Shown here: positions 18,322-30,400 of the stretch, in pieces
How the letters are laid out: every line of letters starts with the position of its first letter
Numbering within the stretch: the stretch's first letter is position 1
NCBI GenBank assembly: GCA_043821645.1
Contig: JBDRCO010000046.1
Span: forward strand, 64,001 to 128,000
Length of the DNA stretch: 64,000 bases
Reading direction: 5' to 3'
From: Pseudomonadota bacterium
GTDB lineage: Bacteria > Myxococcota > JACRCW01 > JAFGSX01
Position numbers and translations under genes: made by a program
Notes under the pieces: generated by a model
What the model saw: only the letters and a program-made list of their open reading frames with translations
Database searches by the model: none
What the model was told of the DNA's origin: nothing

Positions 18322-20262
18322 GTGCTGCAGATCCGTCGCTGCGTTCTGGGAACCGCCGGTCACGTCGACCATGGCAAGACGGCCCTGGTGAAGGCGCTGA
18401 CCGGCGTCGACACGGACAGGCTCGACGAGGAGAAGCGCCGCGGTATCACCATCGAGCTTGGCTTTGCCACCTGGCCGCTGCGCGAGGACCTGGTGGCCAG
18501 CATCGTGGATGTCCCGGGACACGAGCGCTTCGTGCGCACCATGGCGGCAGGTGCCAGTGGCCTCGACGCGGTGCTGCTGGTGATCGCGGCGGACGACGGC
18601 GTGATGCCGCAGACGCGCGAGCACCTGCACATCTGCCAGCTGCTGGGCGTGCGCCGTGGGCTGGTGGTGATCAGCAAGTCGGACCTGGTTGACGCCGAGC
18701 TCCTGGAGCTGGTCGCCGAAGACGTGAACGAGACCGTGCGTGGGACCTTTTTAGAAGATGCGCCGGTGCTGGCGTGCTCGGCCCTCAGCGGCCAGGGACT
18801 GCCGGCTGTGGCGGACGCCGTGCGAGCGACCCTCGACGGATTGTCCCAGCGCCCGGACAGCGGGCCGGCCTACCTGTCGGTGGACAGGGTCTTTCACAAG
18901 GCAGGGTTCGGTTGCGTGGCGACGGGCACCCTGCTCACCGGTCGCGTGCGGGTCGGGGATAGTCTGGAGGCTCTGCCGGGTCCTCGCGGCGAGCTGCTGT
19001 CCGGTCTGCGCGTGCGCGGACTGCAGGTTCAGGATCGCGAGGTCGAGCAGGTGCCGGCGGGCGTGCGGGTGGCGCTCAACCTCCGCGGCGAGGGCTCGGA
19101 CGTCATCTCCCGGGGCATGGCTCTGGCGAGCGCAGGCTGGCAGCAGCCCACGGCCCAGCTTCACGTCGAGATCCAGCTGCTGGAGGGGGTCGAGCCCGTG
19201 GATGGCGAGGCCCGGTTGTCCCTGCACCTCGGCGCCGACGACGTGCTGGTACGCGCCATTCCCCTGGGCCAGCGCCGGGTCGAGGCGGGAGCGCGCGCGC
19301 CGGTGCGGCTGGTGGCCGATCGACCGGTCGCGGCCTTCGCGGGCCAGTACCTGGTGCTGCGCCAGCCCGGGCGGCACGGCATGGGTACGGTGGGAGGCGG
19401 TCGTGTCCTCGATCCGCACCCCGCCGCCGGCAAGGGCAGCCTGGCGCGCTGGGCACGTGTGGCCACGGCGCTGTCCCATGGCGAGCTTGCACAGCGCATG
19501 CACGCCTTGTTGCAGGACGCGCGCGAGAGCGGGGCCAGTCGTGGAGAGCTGGCGCGACGCCTGCCGCCCGACGAAGACCTGGACAAGGCTCTGGCCGAGC
19601 TCGAGAAGCTCAAAGCAGTGGTGAAGATCGACGGAGGCGCCACGTCGCGCTGGGTGGATGGCGAGGTCCTGCAGGGCATTGCCGCGCGCGTGCTCGACGA
19701 GGTGGGCTCCTACCACGCCGCTCACCCCGCCCTGGCCGGGGTGACCGCGGCAGAACTCCGCGGTCAGGTCCCGCAGCTGTCGACGTGGCTCGTCGAGCGG
19801 GCCGTGCAGCTTCTCGTCGAGGAGGGCCGCCTGGAACGCCAGGACCAGGTGCTGCACCGGCCGGATCACAAGGTGGCGCAGGGGGCCGCGGGCGCCTCGG
19901 TCGACGCCCTGGCCGCGCTGTACCAGGAGCGCGGACTCAGCGCCCCCCTCGATGACGAAGCCCGGGAAGCACTGCAGCTCTCCGCAGCCTTGTTTCGCGA
20001 TGCTCTCAACGAACTCAAGCGCCAGGGGCGCCTGGTGCGTCTCGCCGATCGCCTGCATGTGGACCGCCAGGCGCTCGACGCGATCCGGGGCCGTGTCCTG
20101 GACCACCTGGCGCATACGCCGCAGCTCAGCCCGGCGGACCTCAAGCAGCTCAGCGGGGGACTCAGCCGCAAGTACATCATCCCCTTGCTCGAGTGGCTCG
20201 ACACCGAGGGTGTGACCTTGCGCCGCGGCGACGTCCGGGTCGCTCGCAGTGCGCGTCGATGA
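18322..20262 (+). CDS. selB: Selenocysteine-specific translation elongation factor SelB
   Basis: [28 protein letters not shown] and the C-terminal winged-helix [23 protein letters not shown] before GTG 18322. Confidence 0.95.
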   Translation: MLQIRRCVLGTAGHVDHGKTALVKALTGVDTDRLDEEKRRGITIELGFATWPLREDLVASIVDVPGHERFVRTMAAGASGLDAVLLVIAADDGVMPQTREHLHICQLLGVRRGLVVISKSDLVDAELLELVAEDVNETVRGTFLEDAPVLACSALSGQGLPAVADAVRATLDGLSQRPDSGPAYLSVDRVFHKAGFGCVATGTLLTGRVRVGDSLEALPGPRGELLSGLRVRGLQVQDREVEQVPAGVRVALNLRGEGSDVISRGMALASAGWQQPTAQLHVEIQLLEGVEPVDGEARLSLHLGADDVLVRAIPLGQRRVEAGARAPVRLVADRPVAAFAGQYLVLRQPGRHGMGTVGGGRVLDPHPAAGKGSLARWARVATALSHGELAQRMHALLQDARESGASRGELARRLPPDEDLDKALAELEKLKAVVKIDGGATSRWVDGEVLQGIAARVLDEVGSYHAAHPALAGVTAAELRGQVPQLSTWLVERAVQLLVEEGRLERQDQVLHRPDHKVAQGAAGASVDALAALYQERGLSAPLDDEAREALQLSAALFRDALNELKRQGRLVRLADRLHVDRQALDAIRGRVLDHLAHTPQLSPADLKQLSGGLSRKYIIPLLEWLDTEGVTLRRGDVRVARSARR

Positions 20263-20289
20263 GACAGCCGTCCGTGCGGACGGGGCCGC

Positions 20290-20871
20290 TCAGCCGGTGT
20301 TCGCGGGGCCGGTCCACGGCGTGCCCTGCATGAATCGACTGCCGCCGGCATGGTGCAGGGTGGGGAAGCGCGCGCTGTTCCAGCAGCCCTCGGCATCGAG
20401 CACACCCGGGCGCGCCCACGCCGCCACCACCTGCGCGAGCACGAGGTCGTGGTCCGCCAGGCCCGTGGCCTCGGTCCGTCGACACTCGAGCCAGGCCGCA
20501 GCGTCGCGCAGCAAGGGCAGCCCGGCGATGGCACCACCCTCGTACAGACCCAGGCCGCGCTCGGCCACCTTGTCGACGTCGTGACCCGAGCAGCTCCCGA
20601 AGTAGCGCACCAGTTCGACCTGGTCGGCGGTGGGCACATTGATCCCGAGCACGCCCGTGCGCAGGATGTTGCTGTGGGTCTTGTGTCCGGGATCCATGGC
20701 CAGCAGCACCAGGGCCGGGCTGCGGCTCAGGGGCATGTTCCAGGCGATGGTGCACACGTTGGCACGCTCTCCGTCGTGGGTGCTGATCAGGAGCAGCGGC
20801 CCGGGATTGATCAGGCGGTAGGCGCGCTCGAGGGGGACCGCGACGCGTTCGGGCTCAGGAGGCGATGCCAT
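20290..20871 (-). CDS. Flavin reductase-family protein
   Basis: RLINPGP, GSCSGHDVDK, WLEC, DHDL and LHHAGG motifs. Confidence 0.9.
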   Translation of the reverse strand: MASPPEPERVAVPLERAYRLINPGPLLLISTHDGERANVCTIAWNMPLSRSPALVLLAMDPGHKTHSNILRTGVLGINVPTADQVELVRYFGSCSGHDVDKVAERGLGLYEGGAIAGLPLLRDAAAWLECRRTEATGLADHDLVLAQVVAAWARPGVLDAEGCWNSARFPTLHHAGGSRFMQGTPWTGPANTG

Positions 20872-23437
20872 GGGGCGCTCCAGGGGTGTGGCCGGGCTCG
20901 AGGGAGTCGCGCACCGCGCGCAGGAGCTGGTCCGGGGTGAAGGGCTTGGGCAGGCGGTACACTGGGCCCAGAGCGGTCTCCGCGTCGGCCGTCTCGAGGT
21001 CACCGCCGCTCATGATCAGGCACGCGATACCGGGGTGGAGATGCCGCGCCAGCCTCAGGACCTCGGCGCCGGAGCCGTCGTCGAGACCGAGGTCGGTGAG
21101 CACCGCGAGCGGTGATTCCTGCTCGAGCACGCGCCGGGCTTCGGTCACACCGCTGGCACCGTGGACTCGAAAACCCTCGTTCTCGAGGGCGCGCGTGATC
21201 AGACGCATTAGGGCCGGCTCGTCCTCGACCACGAGCAGAGCCGGGGTGTTATCGGCAGGACCGACCTCGCCGGCCAGGGCGCGGCGCAGGGCCTGGATCA
21301 GCACCTCGGGGCGGAAGGGTTTGGCCACGAACACCTGGCGCCGGTCGGCGAGGCGCTGCTCGGCCAGCAGGTGCCCCGACATGAAGACGACGGGCAGATC
21401 CTTCCGCCGGTCCCGCAGTGCCCGAGCCAGCTGCTTGCCGTCCATGCCAGGCATGGCGAGATCGGTCAGCACCACGTCAACGCTGGGGGCGGCCGCATCG
21501 AACATCTCCAGCGCTTGTTCGCCGCTGTGTGCGCTCAGCACCTCGAAGCCGGCCCGCTTCAACATGCGGGCCACGGTCCGCCGCACCGGATCCTCGTCGT
21601 CGACCAGCATCACCTTCTGCACCGGACCCGGGTTCGCAGGTGAGGTCGTTGACTCCATGGGATGGGGCTGGACGGGGTAGACGGGCAGAGGGATGCGCGG
21701 GAAGTTCAGGACGAAGGTTGCGCCCTCGCCGGGGACGGAGTGGACCGTGATGCGGCCTCCGGCTGCGGTGACCAGGGCATAGACCGTGGCCAGACCGAGC
21801 CCTGTACCCATCTCTCCCTTGGTCGAAAAGAACGGCTCGAAGGCCCGGGCCTGGACCTCGGCGGTCATGCCCGTGCCGGCGTCCTGAACCTCGAGTACGA
21901 CCTCATCAGGGTCGACACGGACCCGGAAGGTGATTCTTCCACCCTCGGGCATGGCGTCGCTGGCGTTGACGACCAGGGTCGTCAGCACCTGCTCGAGCTG
22001 CACGCGGTCCATGCGCAACCAGGCAGGCTGTTCCGAGGCGACGACCTCGAGGGCGATCTCGGGTCCGACCATGCGGCTGAACAGGCGCTGGATCTCGGCC
22101 AGGACCTGATTGAGTTCGAGATCCTCGGTGTGGGTGGGCTGCTTGCGGCCAAAGCTCAGGAGCTGCCGGGTCAGCACGCTGGCGCGCTCCGCGGCTCGCT
22201 GGATGTCGAGCAGATCCCCATGCAAGGCATGCTGGGGCCCCAGGCTGTCCGCGACGAGGGTGGCGTTGCCCAGGATCGCGGACAGCTGGTTGTTGAAATC
22301 GTGAGCGATCCCTGCGGAGAGTCTGCCTATGGCCTCCATCTTCTGGGCGTGCAGCAGCTGGGCGCGCTTGTCCTCGAGCTCCGCCTCGACCTGCTTGTGC
22401 GCGGTGAGATCGCGAAGGGTGAGCAGCTGCGCCGGCTGGCCTGCGTAGTTCACTTGCTGGGCGTGAAGCAACAAGGTGCGCACGGGTGCGCCCACAGGCC
22501 AGCTCAGTTCGTGTCCATCCTGCAGCATTTTTTCGGTCGAGCGCTGCACCTCCTCGAGGATTTCCCCGGGGAGTGCCGTGCACCCCTCGTCGAGGTCGAG
22601 CAGCAGGCAGAAGTGTGGATTGCTATACAGCAGCGCGGTGCCGTTGCGCTCGGCGATGGCTACACCCACCGACAGGGCGCTCAGCACCTCCTCGCGGCGC
22701 TCGAGCTGGGCGCGGGCCAGGTCGCGCTCGCGGCGAAACACATCGACAGGTGCGAAGTAGTCCCGCCGCAGCATGCCCACGCCCGTGATCACGAAGGCCA
22801 CCGCGAGCAGCACGGAGGCCGCGAAGGGCAGGTCCACACCGAGCGGTGACAGGCCGCCATTGATGATGCCAGCCAGCAGACCCATCGGCACCACCACCTG
22901 CGCCACGAAACGACCGCTGGTGCGAAAGGCGTCGACGCCCTGGCGGCGCGCGGCGAGCAGCAAGATCGCGGCCGCGGAGATGACGCAGGCGCCATGGTAG
23001 AAATTGATGGCGACCTGCCAGCCGGTGGATCGCGACTGGAAGTACATTCCATTGACCGAGGCGGGCAGGAACTCCCGGTACAGCAGGCCGCCCTCGACCA
23101 GCACCACGCAGCCCACCGCCGGAGCGAACAGCAGCAGCAGCGCGGCGGGATGGCGCAGCCAGCGCGGCCACCTCGTGTAGTTGCTCACGCCCTCCAGCAC
23201 CAGGGGAGGCACGGCTGCCCACACGGGTGCAAAGAGCAAGGCCAGCCAGCGCACCTGCGCGGCGCTCGACGAGAGGTTGGACAGCAGGTCGGCCAGGCAC
23301 CACAAGGTCATCAGGGCGAAGAGGACGATGACGCGGCGCTTCTCGGCGCTGGGAGGAGACGCCACGGTGTACAGCGTGGTCATGACGAGCATGACGCAGA
23401 AAGACAGCAGGTAAAGGTAGGTCAGCGGGTACTGCAT
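20855..23437 (-). CDS. Hybrid sensor histidine kinase (7TM N-terminus, PAS-like, HisKA, HATPase, two receiver domains)
   Basis: QKMEAIGRLSAGIAHDFNN, NASDAM, FEPFFSTK..GTGLGL and two REC domains (VDDE..TDLAMP..KP; VEDE..TDLGL..KP). Confidence 0.93.
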   Translation of the reverse strand: MQYPLTYLYLLSFCVMLVMTTLYTVASPPSAEKRRVIVLFALMTLWCLADLLSNLSSSAAQVRWLALLFAPVWAAVPPLVLEGVSNYTRWPRWLRHPAALLLLFAPAVGCVVLVEGGLLYREFLPASVNGMYFQSRSTGWQVAINFYHGACVISAAAILLLAARRQGVDAFRTSGRFVAQVVVPMGLLAGIINGGLSPLGVDLPFAASVLLAVAFVITGVGMLRRDYFAPVDVFRRERDLARAQLERREEVLSALSVGVAIAERNGTALLYSNPHFCLLLDLDEGCTALPGEILEEVQRSTEKMLQDGHELSWPVGAPVRTLLLHAQQVNYAGQPAQLLTLRDLTAHKQVEAELEDKRAQLLHAQKMEAIGRLSAGIAHDFNNQLSAILGNATLVADSLGPQHALHGDLLDIQRAAERASVLTRQLLSFGRKQPTHTEDLELNQVLAEIQRLFSRMVGPEIALEVVASEQPAWLRMDRVQLEQVLTTLVVNASDAMPEGGRITFRVRVDPDEVVLEVQDAGTGMTAEVQARAFEPFFSTKGEMGTGLGLATVYALVTAAGGRITVHSVPGEGATFVLNFPRIPLPVYPVQPHPMESTTSPANPGPVQKVMLVDDEDPVRRTVARMLKRAGFEVLSAHSGEQALEMFDAAAPSVDVVLTDLAMPGMDGKQLARALRDRRKDLPVVFMSGHLLAEQRLADRRQVFVAKPFRPEVLIQALRRALAGEVGPADNTPALLVVEDEPALMRLITRALENEGFRVHGASGVTEARRVLEQESPLAVLTDLGLDDGSGAEVLRLARHLHPGIACLIMSGGDLETADAETALGPVYRLPKPFTPDQLLRAVRDSLEPGHTPGAPHGIAS

Positions 23438-23685
23438 CCGCGTCCATCGCCAGCTTGCGACCGTGCGTCGAACACCTGCGCCTCGTGCAGGGCCGTCACG
23501 TGATCTCGCTCATTGTACGCTGTGCGACGGGATCGCCGAAGGGTGTTGGTACGCACCGGCTTCGGAGCGAGAGAGCCTCTCTGTGCGGCTGCAGGCACAA
23601 ACCATAAGCATTCCGTCCATGAACCGAGCTCTGGGAGGCCGACTGCCAGCGCCAGCCTTCGAGCCTCGCGGCCTTGAATCTCGGT

Positions 23686-26600
23686 CTAGGGGGCTGCGGA
23701 GAGTACCAGCTGGGTCGAGGTTCGCGCCTCGACGCGCTCGCCCAGGGCTCGCAGTGCAGGTTCCTGCTCGACCTCGACGCGGCCATAGGGCACGTCGATC
23801 TCGCGCTTCACCTCCAGGGCGTCGCCGCGCAGGTGGGCGTGCTGGTGGTAGCGGCCAAAAGGCCCTTCCTCGGCCAGCTCCGCCGGCATGCTGCGTGGGC
23901 GCAGGCCTGCAGGGAGGTGCAGGATCACCTGCGCTGTCTCGTGATGGGGATCCATCAGCACGGCCACGCTGCGCTGACCCACGCGCAGGTAACTGGCGGG
24001 CGCAGCGCGTTCGCCGCCGAGAACCAGCGACAGTGACGGCAGAAAGCGGGCGATGACCAGGTCACCGTTGTTTGCCAGGGCATAGCTCGCCACGTCGAAG
24101 CGCGCGCGGAGGGCCAGAGGCTGCAGGTCGTCGTCGAGAGCGTCGATGGCGAAGTCGTGCAGCGCGGCGCCAGGGAAGATGCTGCCGAACCAGCCCTCGA
24201 TGGCGCGGGCCGTATCGTCGAGGGGGACCGCGCGCAGGCGCTGCCGCAGGTATCCCGCCAGCGGAGACTGCACGACCATGTGCAGGGATCCGTCAAGCCG
24301 TCCGCTCCCGTCGAGGGTCGCCTCGACGTTCATCCGCGAGGGGGCGCGGCACACCCAGGTGTCGGGCACCGGCTGCGCGCGGCCGAGCTGCGGCGCCGTC
24401 GCCAGCACGGGGTCGACCTCGACCCAGTGGCCTCCCCGAGCCTGGGCAAACCACCCGTCGAGAGCCACGTTGCGTCCCGCCAGCACGAGCGGCCGGTCGC
24501 CTCTGGCCGTGTGGTGCAGCAGCACGCGTTCGGGCAGCTCGCTGTCCGGCCAGTCCACGACAGGTGCAGGCGAGGCGCGGTGCAGGGCGACCCAGCGAAG
24601 GTCGAGTCCCACCTGGCGGCCCGCCGCTCGCAGCAAGGCCTGGCGATCGCCACGGCCGGCGGCCAGGATGGTGACCGGGTCGCGTTCCGGGCCAGGGTCG
24701 CGGACCCGACGCACCACGGCCTCGACCAGGGCGCGAAGCCGAGAATCGTCCCCTCGCTTGCCGGCAACAGCGTCGCGGGCGAAGCGATCCAGGTCGGCAT
24801 TCGTGCGCTCGGCCTCGGCCAGGCTGCGCAGCGCGCGTCGCGCGTAGAGTCCGATGTCGACACCGTGGCTGGCGGTCACGTGAGGCAAGACCTCGACCGG
24901 GGAGGGGGCAAAGGGCTGCGTGCGATGGGCTGGCACGTCGCGGGCTTCGAACTGAAGGCGCACCTGGTCGTCGTCGACCTGGCGCTGCGGCGGTGGCAGG
25001 CCGAGGGAGTGGATCTGAAGGCGGCTCATCTCGGAAGAGGGACCCACCAGCACGAGCTGGCTGCAAAAGATCGGGACCTGGGTCGCAAAGAAGAAGCGCA
25101 CGAGCTGGTCGTGATCGACGGCATCGGGCCATTGCTCCTGGATCCAGTGCAGCTCGATGAAGTCCCCCACGTCGATGCCGGACAGCGACACGTCGCCACT
25201 GCTGTGGGCCGCCTCGGGTTCGATCACCCGGCCATCGGCCTTGATCACCCGCAGGGCGCGCAGCTCGGCACCGGCGGGTGGCCGCACCTCTCCGAGCTGG
25301 CTGGCGGCTTCCTTGCTTTGCACGCGCAGGATCTGGTGGGTGATGCGCAGGCCGCCGCCGCCACCGGTGAAGATCTGCGCCGCAGCGTCGAGAACAAACA
25401 CGAAGGGAAAGCCCGCGTAGAGCTCCGGGTGGGCGCTGGAGTGCGCGCCAAAATCCGCGACCAGCGCGGCGGTGTCGACGCGAAGGTGGCGATCCGGATC
25501 GAGCCCGGACGCGCGCTCGCGCAGGTGTTGCCACGTGGGGAGACCGAGCCGGATCGCCTCGGCGCGCCGCAGGGCCGCCTCGAGGTCACCGCGCGCGCGG
25601 CCGGCGCGAACGAGCCAGCGCGCAGCGAGCAGGTCGCGTGGGAACATCTGCAACCTGTCGTCGACGCGCCGCTGCACGCCATCCCAGCCCTCGACTGCCA
25701 GCGCGACCTCCAGCAACTGTTCGAAGCCCGGGCGATCCGGGGCCAGCTCAAAGGCCTGTTCATAGGCCTTCAAGGCGCCGGCCAGGTCACCCTGCTCGCG
25801 AAGTCTCTGGCCGCGGCGTGCACTGAAGAGTGTGGTGCTGCTGTCGAGCTGGGCCTGTCGCGCCTCGACGGCGCGCTGCACCATTCCCCGACGTTCGAAG
25901 AAGCCCACCGCGTAGCCCAGGCTGGTCTCACCGGGGGCCAGGGCGAGGCTGCGATCGAGAGCCGCCAGGGCCGGAACGGGGAGCCCGCGCCGTGACAGCA
26001 TGTCGTGCACGCGGCGCTGTCCCCAGGGGTAGTCAGGGTGCGCGGCGACGAGGTCCTGCATGCGTTGCAGTGCCTCGTCCTGGCGCTCATCTTGATCCAG
26101 AAGGGCCAGGCGATAGCTCGCGATGAGGTGCTGCGGCTGGTGCTCGAGGGTCGCGGCCAGGGCACTCCGCATGTCGAGCTGGCGACTGGTCTCGGGCAGG
26201 GTGGGGTCACTGCGCGTGCCCTCGGCCAGGGCGAACCAGGCTGCAGCGCTGTCCGGGAAGCGTGTGGCGAGCTGCCGGGCCAGCACCCGGGCGCGTTCAC
26301 CGTCGTCGAGCAGGTCGCCAGTCCAGGCGCCGACCAGGCGCAGCGCTCGCCAGGGATCGCGATCCACGTCCAGGCCAGCCTCGAGCCAGGTCGCGGCCGT
26401 GCTCGGCACGGGTCCCAGCTGCGACAGGGTCGTCGGTCCGTCGTCGGGTGGGTGCGCTTGCCAGCGATCCACCGCGCTGCGACCGCTCCTGTCCAGGGCC
26501 CAGAGCGACAGGCTGTCGCCCGAACCGGCGGGCAGCACCAGCGCCCGAAGGTGGTGCCAGCCCTGTGCCAGCTGCAGGCCGACCAGCACACTACCCGGGC

Positions 26601-27477
26601 GGGCGCGCAGCCACCTGTCCCTGTCCACCACCACCAGTCCGTCGACCAGGATGCGGGCAGTCTGCGGCACCTGCCACAGCAGGGCCGCGCTGCTGTCGGC
26701 GGGAACATGAACCCAGCTCTCGACGAGCTGCACCCCGAGCGGATCCGCGGTCGCCAGCATCAGGCTGGCTTCCCCGGTGCGCCTTTCACGACAGGCGGGG
26801 TGGTCGACGGGGCCCTGGGCCAGGTCCTGGCGCGCGCGCCGAAAACTCTCCACGCTGTCCGGGGCCATCTCGGGGCACACGCGCCAGGTGCGGATGGCAC
26901 CCGCGCGGTCCAGGACCTTCTGGTACGCGGCGACATCCTTGCGCTGGGCGGCCACGGTGAGGCCTGCCCGGGTGGCGGCGATGGCTAGGCCGAGGCAGCT
27001 CGCGGTGTTCTCGACCTGCTGCGCGCAGCGCTGGCGGGCCCGCTCCAGCGCAGCCGCGACGGTGGCGTCGGTGTCCCGGGTTTGATCAAGGGTCAGCAGC
27101 AGCTGGCTCGCCGCGAGTTCTGCCAGCGGGCTGCCTGGGACCCATTCCAGGACCTGAGAACAGCTGGTGAGGATGGCCGGGTAGTCGCGCCGAGCTGCTG
27201 CCAGCTCACAGGCCAGCAACGCGCCGCGTGGCGGTGTGGCCGGAGGCGCAGGCAGTTTGCCCAGCAGGGCCCGGGCGTGATCGTCATCGCTGAAGAAGGC
27301 GGCGAGCTCGGCGCGCTCGACGAGAGCGACGACGTCCCCAGGCGTGCGCGTGAGCAGCTGGTCCAGGACCTCGGCACGTCGGCGTGCCGCCGGGGACTGT
27401 GTGCTCGCCGGGTCCAGGTGCTGCTCGCTGGCGCAGGCCAGCAGCAGGCTCGTCAAAAGCACGGCGCTGCGGGTCAC
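23686..27477 (-). CDS. Lipoprotein, TPR + DUF3857 + degenerate transglutaminase-like + DUF3858-like domains
   Basis: Lipobox LLAC, TPR helices, same domain order as the upstream paralog, no catalytic Cys (GRGDRQALL). Confidence 0.8.
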   Translation of the reverse strand: MTRSAVLLTSLLLACASEQHLDPASTQSPAARRRAEVLDQLLTRTPGDVVALVERAELAAFFSDDDHARALLGKLPAPPATPPRGALLACELAAARRDYPAILTSCSQVLEWVPGSPLAELAASQLLLTLDQTRDTDATVAAALERARQRCAQQVENTASCLGLAIAATRAGLTVAAQRKDVAAYQKVLDRAGAIRTWRVCPEMAPDSVESFRRARQDLAQGPVDHPACRERRTGEASLMLATADPLGVQLVESWVHVPADSSAALLWQVPQTARILVDGLVVVDRDRWLRARPGSVLVGLQLAQGWHHLRALVLPAGSGDSLSLWALDRSGRSAVDRWQAHPPDDGPTTLSQLGPVPSTAATWLEAGLDVDRDPWRALRLVGAWTGDLLDDGERARVLARQLATRFPDSAAAWFALAEGTRSDPTLPETSRQLDMRSALAATLEHQPQHLIASYRLALLDQDERQDEALQRMQDLVAAHPDYPWGQRRVHDMLSRRGLPVPALAALDRSLALAPGETSLGYAVGFFERRGMVQRAVEARQAQLDSSTTLFSARRGQRLREQGDLAGALKAYEQAFELAPDRPGFEQLLEVALAVEGWDGVQRRVDDRLQMFPRDLLAARWLVRAGRARGDLEAALRRAEAIRLGLPTWQHLRERASGLDPDRHLRVDTAALVADFGAHSSAHPELYAGFPFVFVLDAAAQIFTGGGGGLRITHQILRVQSKEAASQLGEVRPPAGAELRALRVIKADGRVIEPEAAHSSGDVSLSGIDVGDFIELHWIQEQWPDAVDHDQLVRFFFATQVPIFCSQLVLVGPSSEMSRLQIHSLGLPPPQRQVDDDQVRLQFEARDVPAHRTQPFAPSPVEVLPHVTASHGVDIGLYARRALRSLAEAERTNADLDRFARDAVAGKRGDDSRLRALVEAVVRRVRDPGPERDPVTILAAGRGDRQALLRAAGRQVGLDLRWVALHRASPAPVVDWPDSELPERVLLHHTARGDRPLVLAGRNVALDGWFAQARGGHWVEVDPVLATAPQLGRAQPVPDTWVCRAPSRMNVEATLDGSGRLDGSLHMVVQSPLAGYLRQRLRAVPLDDTARAIEGWFGSIFPGAALHDFAIDALDDDLQPLALRARFDVASYALANNGDLVIARFLPSLSLVLGGERAAPASYLRVGQRSVAVLMDPHHETAQVILHLPAGLRPRSMPAELAEEGPFGRYHQHAHLRGDALEVKREIDVPYGRVEVEQEPALRALGERVEARTSTQLVLSAAP

Positions 27478-30400
27478 GGTGCACCTCCGACGGTCTGAGG
27501 GGACCTGACCAGCTCGAGGCGCTGCTGCATGGCCGCGTCGGCACGAAGGCAGGCTTCCCGAAATCCCTGGTAGTCGGCGACGGGAACGCGACGCGAAGGC
27601 AGCTCGGTGACCTCGTCGACGAGCACGCCCTCGGCCGTGGCCTCGATGCGCTGCTCGAACACGAGATGCGGGGTGGTGATGCGCACGGGCTGGGGGAGTG
27701 CGCGACCCCGCACGCCCGGGGGGAGGGTGTAGTGCATCACATTGCGCGTGCGCCAGGGGTGGTCGAGGACGAGGTCAGTGCGGCGCTGCGGGCTGGACGC
27801 ATAGGCCGAGGCCAGGCCGTGGGGATACAGCGATATCGGAAGTCGCCAGCCGCCATCGACGGGCTGGGCGCGCGCGGGCAAGCTGGCCTCGAAGCGATAC
27901 CAGACCTCGGCATTGAGATCGTCAAGATCCGAGAACTCGACCGCGTGCACCACGGCTCCGGCAAAGCCCTCGCTGACCTCTCGCTCGAGGTGTTCCTGGC
28001 GCGTGGCCGGGTCCTCGAACTGCCGGCGCAGGCGGGCGGCGCGGGCACCCCAGAATCGTTCCGTGCCGCTCAGGCGTGCCGTGCCCTTGTCATCGAGGGC
28101 GATGCGGTACTCGGAGGTGTTGAGGTTGCGCGCCGCGGGCTGCAGCGGGATGTGCACGAGTTCGCCGCTACCGTCGCGACCCACGCGCAGGGCCATCGCC
28201 CCCTGGTCGACGGTCGGCAGCTCATCGAGGCCGGAGAATTCCGCCGTGCCGTCGAGGTACAGGTCCAGGGCCGGCACGTAGGCGATGGCGTGATTGAAGG
28301 CCCACATGGACGCGGGCTCGCGGGCCAGCTCGCCCAGGTTGACCGTGCGCAGGAGCACCAGCCTGGCCTCGACGCCGACCTCACCCAGCATGGCCACCAG
28401 CAGCGTCGCCTTGTCCTTGCAGTCGCCGTAGCCGCGGCGATGCACCACCGAGGCGCGGTAGGGCTTCCAGCCATGGATGCCGAGCTCGATGCCCACATAG
28501 CGCGTCTTCTTGACCACGTGGTCGTGGATACGCCGCACGCGCTCTCGCGTGTCGTCGAGCGCGACTCCATCGACCAGGTGCTGCGCCAGGGCCCGGGTAC
28601 TGTCGTCAAGCTGGTACTGATCCTCGATGAGCTGGGCATACCAGTGCAGCATCTCCTCCCAGCTCTGGTAGGTGCTCACCGAGAACCAGGGAACGGTCTC
28701 GAGCCAGGGCGGCATCAGCGGCTCGATGGGATGGCCGGGCAGATTGTCGACGGTGAAGTGGTGCGCGATCCACGGTCCTCCGTCGTCCTCGACCTCGTGC
28801 CGGAGACCCTGCACGTGGACGTACAGCGGGCGCGATCTCGGGGCCAGGACCGTGTGACTGTAGTGAAGCACGGGCCACTGGCGCTGCGCCGTGAGGATCT
28901 GCCCGAAGAAATCGCCGAACAGGTTGACCTCGCCCACGGCCTCGACACGGCTGCGCACGCGCACGATGTCACCGGTCTGCAGTTCTCCGAACTCCACGAC
29001 CATGGCCGCGCGATCGCTGTAGACGCCTTGGCTGCGGCCACTCGAGCCGCTGTCGCGCACACGGTCTGGCGGCAAGGAGAGGCCCCGGGCATCGATGCGC
29101 TCGGCGAGCTGCACCGAGGCGATCTCGCGCCCCGGGGAGTAGGGCACGCCTTGCTTCCGCAGCACCTCGGCGCGGCCTGCGTCGAGCAAGCGCAGGGAGA
29201 TCTCCTCGTCGGTGCGGTAGAGCCCATTTTCGAACAGACGGGTGACGCTGCGCTGCTGCAGCACCACGGCGCCAAAGGCCCGGGCACTGTCGGGAACCTG
29301 CAGTCGACGCAACGCGGTGACGTCGATCGCGGGAAGCATCGAGGTGTCGGACGCACGCGTCAGGGCCTCCAGACGCCGGCGCAGCTCGGGTTGTTGCGGA
29401 CGGCGCGCCAGGCTGCGTTGCCAGGCACGGGCCGCACCATCGCGGTCACCCGCCAGCAGCCGGGTCTCGCCGAGGGCTTGCGAAAACTCCGCATGATCCG
29501 GGAAACGCTGCGCCATCTCCTCGAGCAGTCGCGTCGCCTCGTCGTGGCGGTCGTTCCAGGCCAGGCGATGGGCCAGTCTCAGGCGCGGACCAGGAGCCTG
29601 GGGATCGCAGGCGATGAAGCGCCGCTGCAGGGCCAGCACGCGCTCGAGATCACCGGCCACCTCGGCCCCGTGGAGCAGGACCCGCAGCGCACCGCTGTCC
29701 GTGGCGTCGTGCTCGAGCATCGCGGTTGCGAGCTCCCGGGCTTCGCGGTGCCGTCCGGCCTCCTCGAGGTCATGCATCCAGCGCCGGGCGACCTCGGGCC
29801 CTCCGGCCACACCAGTGGTGGTCCTGTGGGCGTGGACAAAGCGCTCGATCAGTTCCCGGGCCTCGTCGTCATCGGGATCCCGCTCGCGCAGGGTCTCGAC
29901 GAGGGTCAGCAGCGCCAGCGGATCCCCTGGCTCCAGGGTGTGGGCTTGCCGCAGCGAGGGCAGCGCCTCGTGATACAGCATGCGCCCCTGGCGGTGCTTG
30001 CCCAGGGCCAGGTGGGCAGGACCCAGCTGTGGGTTCACCCGCAGGGCGCGCTCGAAGGCCTCGCGGCCGGCGTTGGGATCGTGCACCGAGAGCGCGTGGC
30101 CGAGCAGAAGCAGCACCCAGGCATCGTCTGGACGCAGCGTGAGGGCCTGACGCAGAACGACGGCCTGGGGCGTCGGGTCCGCCCGCAGGTCGGACGCGTG
30201 GAGTGCGGTCTGGGTCCTGGCCAGATCGACCAGGGCGTCGGCGCGCTGGTTGCCTCGACGTCCCTGGGCGCGAGCCTCCAGGGCCGGGATGAGATCCAGC
30301 ACGGACCGCGCAGTCACTGCATGCCCCTTCATCTGCAGCGGGGTCGCGGGTTCCGGAAGCGCGACCCGCACGTCGGTTGGCACTGCGGAACCATCGAGGG

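Noticed and set aside
23438-23685. Riboswitch-like fragments (GCCGAAGG, GGCACAAACCAT, GACTGCC) in a 250-nt intergenic region
   Set aside because: They are on the strand opposite the downstream gene and do not assemble into a glycine, c-di-GMP or cobalamin aptamer.
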